A DNA stretch of 44,719 nt from assembly GCA_046583315.1 (NCBI GenBank), contig JAYGCN010000210.1, positions 1-44,719 on the forward strand. The letters are read 5' to 3'. The notes beneath the pieces were generated by a model. The model searched no databases and was not told the DNA's origin. It saw only the letters and a list, made by a program, of their open reading frames with translations. This DNA is from Candidatus Hydrogenedentota bacterium. Its GTDB lineage: Bacteria; Hydrogenedentota; Hydrogenedentia; Hydrogenedentales; GCA-2746185. The position numbers were made by a program, and so were the translations under genes. Of the stretch, positions 39,374 through 44,719 are shown piece after piece; the first letter of the stretch is position 1; each line of letters starts with the position of its first letter.

Positions 39374-40180
39374 ATGAGTCTTTCGCGGCGACGGTTTATG
39401 GGATTGAGTGCGGGGTTGGGATTGGCCGGGTGCCTGCGTATTGTCGCAGGCGGATCGGTGTTTGGCGTGGAGGGTCCCGTCACCGTCGCGGCCATCAACG
39501 ACCTGCATATTCTCGACGAGGACAGTGTCGCCATCGTGAATCGCGCCGTGAAACAGATCAACGCGCTGGACAATGTGGATTTCACCGTGGTCATCGGCGA
39601 TCTGGGATCGGACGGCACTGAATCTGAGATGACCCTTTCCAAAGCAGCACTGGATCAACTAAAGAAGCCTTATTTTTGCGTTCCCGGCAATCACGATTAC
39701 GATGCCAGCACCACAAACGGGTATGTGAATTACGACGCGTCTTTCGTGGATCGGCAGTGGCAGCAGGAAGAACAATCCAGCTGGGCCTTTATCGGTCTGG
39801 ACACCTGCAACGGCACCGCAAGCACGGTTACGATTCCGCCGGAGCGGCTGGTCTGGCTCAAGGGGCAAATCGCGGGCATTGATCCGAAGCGACCCATTGC
39901 GTTGTTTGCGCATCATCCGTTTAACCCCAACACGAAGGCCTATCGTGTGGCGAATGCGGATGACGTGCTGGAACTTTTCTCCGATCACACGCTCAAACTC
40001 GTCGCGTCGGGTCATTTTCACGGCAACCAGATAGAAGAACAAAACGGCACCCTCTTCACGACGACCGCCTGTTGCAGCACCACGCGCAACAACTTCGACG
40101 GCACCAAGGAAAAAGGATTCCGACTCTTCACATTGGACGGCGCAACGATTGAGCACGAGTTTGTCGAAGTACCCGTATAA
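39374..40180 (+). CDS. Tat-exported metallophosphoesterase (calcineurin-like)
   Basis: SRRRFM Tat motif; DLH, GDL, GNHD, HHP, GHFH. Confidence 0.88.
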   Translation: MSLSRRRFMGLSAGLGLAGCLRIVAGGSVFGVEGPVTVAAINDLHILDEDSVAIVNRAVKQINALDNVDFTVVIGDLGSDGTESEMTLSKAALDQLKKPYFCVPGNHDYDASTTNGYVNYDASFVDRQWQQEEQSSWAFIGLDTCNGTASTVTIPPERLVWLKGQIAGIDPKRPIALFAHHPFNPNTKAYRVANADDVLELFSDHTLKLVASGHFHGNQIEEQNGTLFTTTACCSTTRNNFDGTKEKGFRLFTLDGATIEHEFVEVPV

Positions 40181-40254
40181 GCCAACGGGTTTACCAAACA
40201 CCCCTGAATTCGATATCCTAGTGAGTGGAACCACAACAAATCTCGGAAATTCTC

Positions 40255-40686
40255 ATGTTTAGAAGCATATTAGCAGTCGCATTGGGTTTCATACTCATGA
40301 TGATACTGGCGATGACTTACGGACGCTTCATGTTCAGCCTGTATCCCGAGGCACAACCCGTACTTGCAGAAGACGGTACACTATCCGCTGGAACCATGTC
40401 GTTAATGTTTATATTTGTGCTGTTGGCTCTCGACTTTGCGAATGCCGCGTTCGGCGGCTATTTTACCGCGGCTACGGCGGGCCGTAACGAAAGAAAACAC
40501 GCCAATGCGTTGGCGATATTGGTGTTGATTTTGGGACTGTTAAATCTGGTTTCATTCTTGGAGGTGGTGCCTGTCGCTTATGCCGTGGCACGGACGTTTT
40601 GTGCGCCGATTGGAGTATGGGTTGGCGGGCTTCTCTGGGGTTCGCAGAAAGCCACGACTCAACGTGTCCAGGAGCCTTCAAAATGA
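40255..40686 (+). CDS. Hypothetical four-TM membrane protein
   Basis: Hydrophobic ORF; its stop overlaps the next start (ATGA). Confidence 0.7.
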   Translation: MFRSILAVALGFILMMILAMTYGRFMFSLYPEAQPVLAEDGTLSAGTMSLMFIFVLLALDFANAAFGGYFTAATAGRNERKHANALAILVLILGLLNLVSFLEVVPVAYAVARTFCAPIGVWVGGLLWGSQKATTQRVQEPSK

Positions 40687-42053
40687 TCGAATCCATCCTT
40701 GTTACCGAAGACGACCAAGTTCAGCGTGAAGTGCTGCATGACATTTTGTCGAACGCTGGATTCGCCGTGTCCACGGCGGACTCCGGAGTCGCGGCGATGG
40801 ATCAATTGGAGTCGTCATCTTTCGATTTACTCATCACCGACATGAAGATGCCGGAGATGGATGGGCTGCAATTGTTGCCGGAAGCGAAACGACTTCGCCC
40901 CGAGATGGAAGTCATTATGATGACGGCGCACGCCACCGTCGAAACGGCCATTCGTGCGATGAAGGAGGGCGCGGCGGATTACCTTTCGAAACCCTTTGAT
41001 AAGGATGAACTACTCATTGTCGTGGAGCGTGTGCTCGAAAAACAGGACCTCAAACGTCAAAACGTGAACCTGCGTAAACTGGTCTCCGACACTTCCTCTC
41101 TCGGCAACATCATCGGAAACAGCGCAAGCATGCAACAGGTTTACGATATCATCCGGCGCGCCTTGCCCCTCACAACCACTGTACTCATTCGCGGCGAATC
41201 GGGTACGGGCAAGGAACTCGTGGCGCGACACATCCACTTCAACGGTCCACGCAAAGACAAACCTTTCGTGGTCGTCAATTGCGCCGCCATCCCGGACACG
41301 CTGGTGGAAAGCGAACTCTTCGGCCACGAAAAAGGCGCGTTCACGGGGGCCGACACCAGTCGCCAGGGCAAGTTTATGACGGCCGACGGCGGCACGTTAT
41401 TCCTTGATGAAATCGGTGATATGCCGCTGGAAAGTCAGGCGAAATTGTTGCGTGTGTTGCAGGACGGCATCGTTGAACCCATCGGTAGCAGCAAATCGGT
41501 GCAAGTGGATGTGCGTGTGATTGCGGCGACAAACCGTGATCTGCCGGATCGGGTGGCCAACGGCGAATTCCGCGAGGATCTGTATTATCGCCTCGATGTG
41601 TTGAACGTGAATCTTCCTCCATTGCGCGAATGTAGCGATGATTTTCCCCTGCTGATTCAACATTTCCGCGAAAAGCTCAGCCGCTCGATGGGCAAACCGG
41701 CACCGAAAATCAACATGGACACGCTGAAACAGTTTCAAAATTATCGCTGGCCGGGCAATGTGCGCGAACTGGAAAATACACTCGAGCAACTCTTCATTCT
41801 TTCGGACGCGCCAACCATCGGCGTCGATCAGTTGCCGGAAAAGTTCAGTCAACCCAGTTCAAAACCGGCGGAATACGCGTTGCCTTCGGGCGGGGTCAAT
41901 CTGGAAGACCTTGAGCAGGATCTCATGCGACAAGCCCTGGAACAATCGGGCGGACGCATCAAGGAGGCGGCCGAGCTGCTTGGTATGACCTACAAAACCT
42001 TCCAATACCGCATCAAAAAGCACGACATCCAGAAGAAAGTGGAGTTCGAGTGA
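40683..42053 (+). CDS. Sigma54-dependent response regulator (NtrC family)
   Basis: Receiver (ITDMKMP), [29 protein letters not shown]-terminal Fis HTH. Confidence 0.95.
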   Translation: MIESILVTEDDQVQREVLHDILSNAGFAVSTADSGVAAMDQLESSSFDLLITDMKMPEMDGLQLLPEAKRLRPEMEVIMMTAHATVETAIRAMKEGAADYLSKPFDKDELLIVVERVLEKQDLKRQNVNLRKLVSDTSSLGNIIGNSASMQQVYDIIRRALPLTTTVLIRGESGTGKELVARHIHFNGPRKDKPFVVVNCAAIPDTLVESELFGHEKGAFTGADTSRQGKFMTADGGTLFLDEIGDMPLESQAKLLRVLQDGIVEPIGSSKSVQVDVRVIAATNRDLPDRVANGEFREDLYYRLDVLNVNLPPLRECSDDFPLLIQHFREKLSRSMGKPAPKINMDTLKQFQNYRWPGNVRELENTLEQLFILSDAPTIGVDQLPEKFSQPSSKPAEYALPSGGVNLEDLEQDLMRQALEQSGGRIKEAAELLGMTYKTFQYRIKKHDIQKKVEFE

Positions 42054-42057
42054 CGCG

Positions 42058-42717
42058 ATGAAACCCTATCTCATGCAAATCGATCTCGAATCGAAATTAT
42101 GCTTGGTTGTCGGCGGCGGACCCATCGCGTTGCACAAAACACGGCACCTTGTCGCCTCAGGCGCACGGGTAACCCTCGTCAGTTCTTCGATTCACGAGGG
42201 CTTCGGCGAACTCCGTTTGCACACGCAACACCTGCGTCGATTTGAAGATGCCGACATCGACGGCATGACGCTCGTGCATGCGGCGACGAACGATCCGGGC
42301 GTCAACGTACACATCGCGAAGCTGTGTGCCGACGCGGGAATCCCGTGTTGCGCGGCACACGACACGACCGTCGGTAGCTTCAGTGTTCCTGCTGTTCTCG
42401 ATTCCGGCGACCTGCGCATATCGGTATCCACCAACGGAAAATCGCCTTCCTATGGCGCGCGACTGCGACGAAACATTGAAGAACAGCTTTCAGAGAATCT
42501 CGATGCCTATCTAAACTTTCTCGGTGAGGCACGCGAGCAGTCCAAGCAACAGATTGAAGACGGGAAATTGCGCATGCGCTTCAACGCCTATCTCGCTTCC
42601 GAAGAGGGGCAACTGTGGTTTGAAAATACAGAACCCGACGAACGCGCTGCTGAATTGGAAGGCTTGATGTGCAAACCTGAATCCATCTCCGAAATTTTCG
42701 AACCACGGTGGAGTTGA
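42058..42717 (+). CDS. Precorrin-2 dehydrogenase (CysG N-terminal / SirC-like)
   Basis: VVGGGPIA..K, AATND, FSVPA, ISVSTNGKSP. Confidence 0.88.
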   Translation: MKPYLMQIDLESKLCLVVGGGPIALHKTRHLVASGARVTLVSSSIHEGFGELRLHTQHLRRFEDADIDGMTLVHAATNDPGVNVHIAKLCADAGIPCCAAHDTTVGSFSVPAVLDSGDLRISVSTNGKSPSYGARLRRNIEEQLSENLDAYLNFLGEAREQSKQQIEDGKLRMRFNAYLASEEGQLWFENTEPDERAAELEGLMCKPESISEIFEPRWS

Positions 42718-42719
42718 AG

Positions 42720-44219
42720 ATGCCCGATCACAAAACCGGAAAGGTCTATCTCATCGGTGCCGGGCCCGGCGATCCGGGATTACTCACGGTGCGCGGCAAA
42801 GAGCTCATCGAGACGGCAGACAAGGTGGTTTACGACAGTCTGGTCAACGAAGCCATCCTGAAATGGGTCAAAAATGGGGAGCTGGTATTCGCCGGGAAAC
42901 GTTCGGGCCTACACTCGCTCAACCAGGATGACATCAATCGAGTTATCGTCGACCTCGCGAAAGAAGGACACACCGTCGCACGCTTAAAGGGTGGCGATCC
43001 GACCATTTTCGGGCGAGTCGGCGAGGAGTTGCGCGCGCTGAATAAAGCCGGAATTCCCTATGAGATTGTGCCCGGCATCACTGCGGGAATCGCCGGCGCG
43101 GCCTACGCAGGGATCCCCATCACGCAACGGCACATGTCATCCAGCGTGACCTTCATCACCGGTCACGAAGCCATCGACGAAGACGGGCTACTCAACATTC
43201 ACAAACAAGGCACATTGATCTTCTACATGGGCCTCAACCATCTCGAAGCCATCGCGGCACAACTCATCGAAGCCGGACGCTCCGCCGATACCCCCGTGGC
43301 CGTCATCGAATGGGCCACGCGTCCGCATCAACGCACCGTGACCGGATCATTGACCACGATTGCCGAACTATGCGCCGCTGAAAACTTCGGCACGCCCAGC
43401 ATCATCGTCGTGGGAGAAGTCGCCGCGTTGCGTGACGAGTTCGCCTGGTTCGAATCAAAACCGCTTTTCGGAAAACGGGTTTGCATCACGCGATCCACAG
43501 GCCACGCCGACGAATTAAAGGAACGACTTCACGAGTACGGTGCAGACGTGTTTGAATTCCCAACCGTTGCCGTGGAGGCAACAACACCTGCCCCACAACT
43601 CGAGAACCTTGGCGAATACGATTGGATCCTCTTCACGAGTATTAACGGTGTCGATGCCTTCCTCGATCAACTTCACGCAAGCAATCAGGATCTCCGCGCA
43701 CTGCACGGTATTCGACTCTACGCGATCAGTCGAAAAACGGCCGAGGCGTTGGCGTGGAGAGGTCTGCGCGTAGACGGCGTTCCCGAACGATATGATCCCG
43801 AAACGATTCTGGCTCAATTGGAAGAGATTAGCGGGCCGCTCACTGATCAACGTATGCTGCTGCCGCGTGCAGATGTCGGACAGAGTGCCTTGCCAAAGGC
43901 CCTCGAACAAGCGGGGGCTGACATCACCGAATTACAGGCGTATCAAATGGTCATTCCCGACGAATCCGAGGTTCGCGCCGACAAACTCGTGGACTATCGA
44001 CCGGATTACGTCATCTTCAACAGTGCCTCGGCAGCGCGAAACTACCACGCCATCATGGGAGAGCGACTGGCGCAGTTGCCGGACGATTTAACCTATGCCT
44101 CCATCGGACCCATCGCGTCCAAAGCAGCCACTCAATGCGGACTCACCATCGCACTCGAGCCCCACACCCATCGCGTACCGGATCTGGTTGAGACGCTCAT
44201 CGAACACGCGCGTGACTAG
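42720..44219 (+). CDS. cobA: Uroporphyrinogen-III C-methyltransferase / uroporphyrinogen-III synthase fusion (CobA-HemD)
   Basis: GAGPGDPGLLT, RLKGGDP..FGR..EE, WFE.KPLFG junction, FTSINGV and SIGPI HemD motifs. Confidence 0.93.
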   Translation: MPDHKTGKVYLIGAGPGDPGLLTVRGKELIETADKVVYDSLVNEAILKWVKNGELVFAGKRSGLHSLNQDDINRVIVDLAKEGHTVARLKGGDPTIFGRVGEELRALNKAGIPYEIVPGITAGIAGAAYAGIPITQRHMSSSVTFITGHEAIDEDGLLNIHKQGTLIFYMGLNHLEAIAAQLIEAGRSADTPVAVIEWATRPHQRTVTGSLTTIAELCAAENFGTPSIIVVGEVAALRDEFAWFESKPLFGKRVCITRSTGHADELKERLHEYGADVFEFPTVAVEATTPAPQLENLGEYDWILFTSINGVDAFLDQLHASNQDLRALHGIRLYAISRKTAEALAWRGLRVDGVPERYDPETILAQLEEISGPLTDQRMLLPRADVGQSALPKALEQAGADITELQAYQMVIPDESEVRADKLVDYRPDYVIFNSASAARNYHAIMGERLAQLPDDLTYASIGPIASKAATQCGLTIALEPHTHRVPDLVETLIEHARD

Positions 44220-44407
44220 TTGAGGGCGAATTTTTCGCCGCGATTCTACTGAACCGACGCTAAGCCATTGAGTTGTCAACTAAATACCCCTAATTGTTTC
44301 TAAAGATTGGAACAAGATTGGTCGAAACGGAATATATATGGTACAAGTCATATAGATGGACAAAGCAACTGAAACTCGAACGCAAGCCAAAAAAAGGGGG
44401 ACGCATC

Positions 44408-44533
44408 ATGATTATGTTTTCCAAAGGCGATTTCGACGATGCTGCTGACGGGATGGATATCTGGATGATACCGGGCGTTGCGGTGGTTGACGCAGAACCC
44501 GAACTATTCGCCATCGTGAGTTACACCGAGTAG
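44408..44533 (+). CDS. Possible small acidic protein (41 aa)
   Basis: ATG preceded by AAAGGGGA after an AT-rich region; no recognisable domain. Confidence 0.25.
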   Translation: MIMFSKGDFDDAADGMDIWMIPGVAVVDAEPELFAIVSYTE

Positions 44534-44719
44534 TACTTAGTACTGTCGAATCGATATCCGAATCCGGAAATCGATGCCCGACGCGACGATGATGATTGAC
44601 AGCGTCGCGACGGAGAGCACGGATACATTCACGATCCCGCGATTGTTTTGATAGAACCGCCCTAACCGCTCTCGCAACGAGTAGTGATGCACGTGAACCA
44701 CTTTCGTATGCCTGTTTTT

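Noticed and set aside
44307..44323. Sigma54 promoter-like TGGAAC...TTGG
   Set aside because: No GC at -12 and wrong spacing.

Overview
Gene-dense, moderately GC-rich bacterial chromosomal window (about 40 CDS). I found no rRNA, tRNA, CRISPR array or mobile element. The content suggests a diderm, polymer-degrading environmental bacterium: LptF/G, AsmA, sulfatase, DUF2961, ceramidase-like hydrolases and a PVC-type CxxCH dehydrogenase. A PVC/Hydrogenedentes-like origin is inference only. The standout is the left-end F-type ATP synthase operon (atpI-atpB-atpE4-atpE-atpF..., minus strand). It encodes a normal single-hairpin c subunit with a two-carboxylate Na+ site (GEG...ESTGIY). It also encodes a 325-aa c subunit of four fused hairpins, none of which keeps an ion-binding carboxylate: a candidate 'ion-blind' rotor insert, brake or assembly scaffold. 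Other points of interest: an FGGY kinase / IMPase-family phosphatase / sphingosine-1-phosphate-lyase-like cluster with a divergent MFS + phosphatase pair; an internally deleted PQQ dehydrogenase; a chromosomal subclass B3 metallo-beta-lactamase with a probable terminal frameshift; a region-4-only sigma-like protein; and an unannotated 55-aa membrane protein. The rest is housekeeping (lepB, lptFG, pepF, lpdA, siroheme genes).
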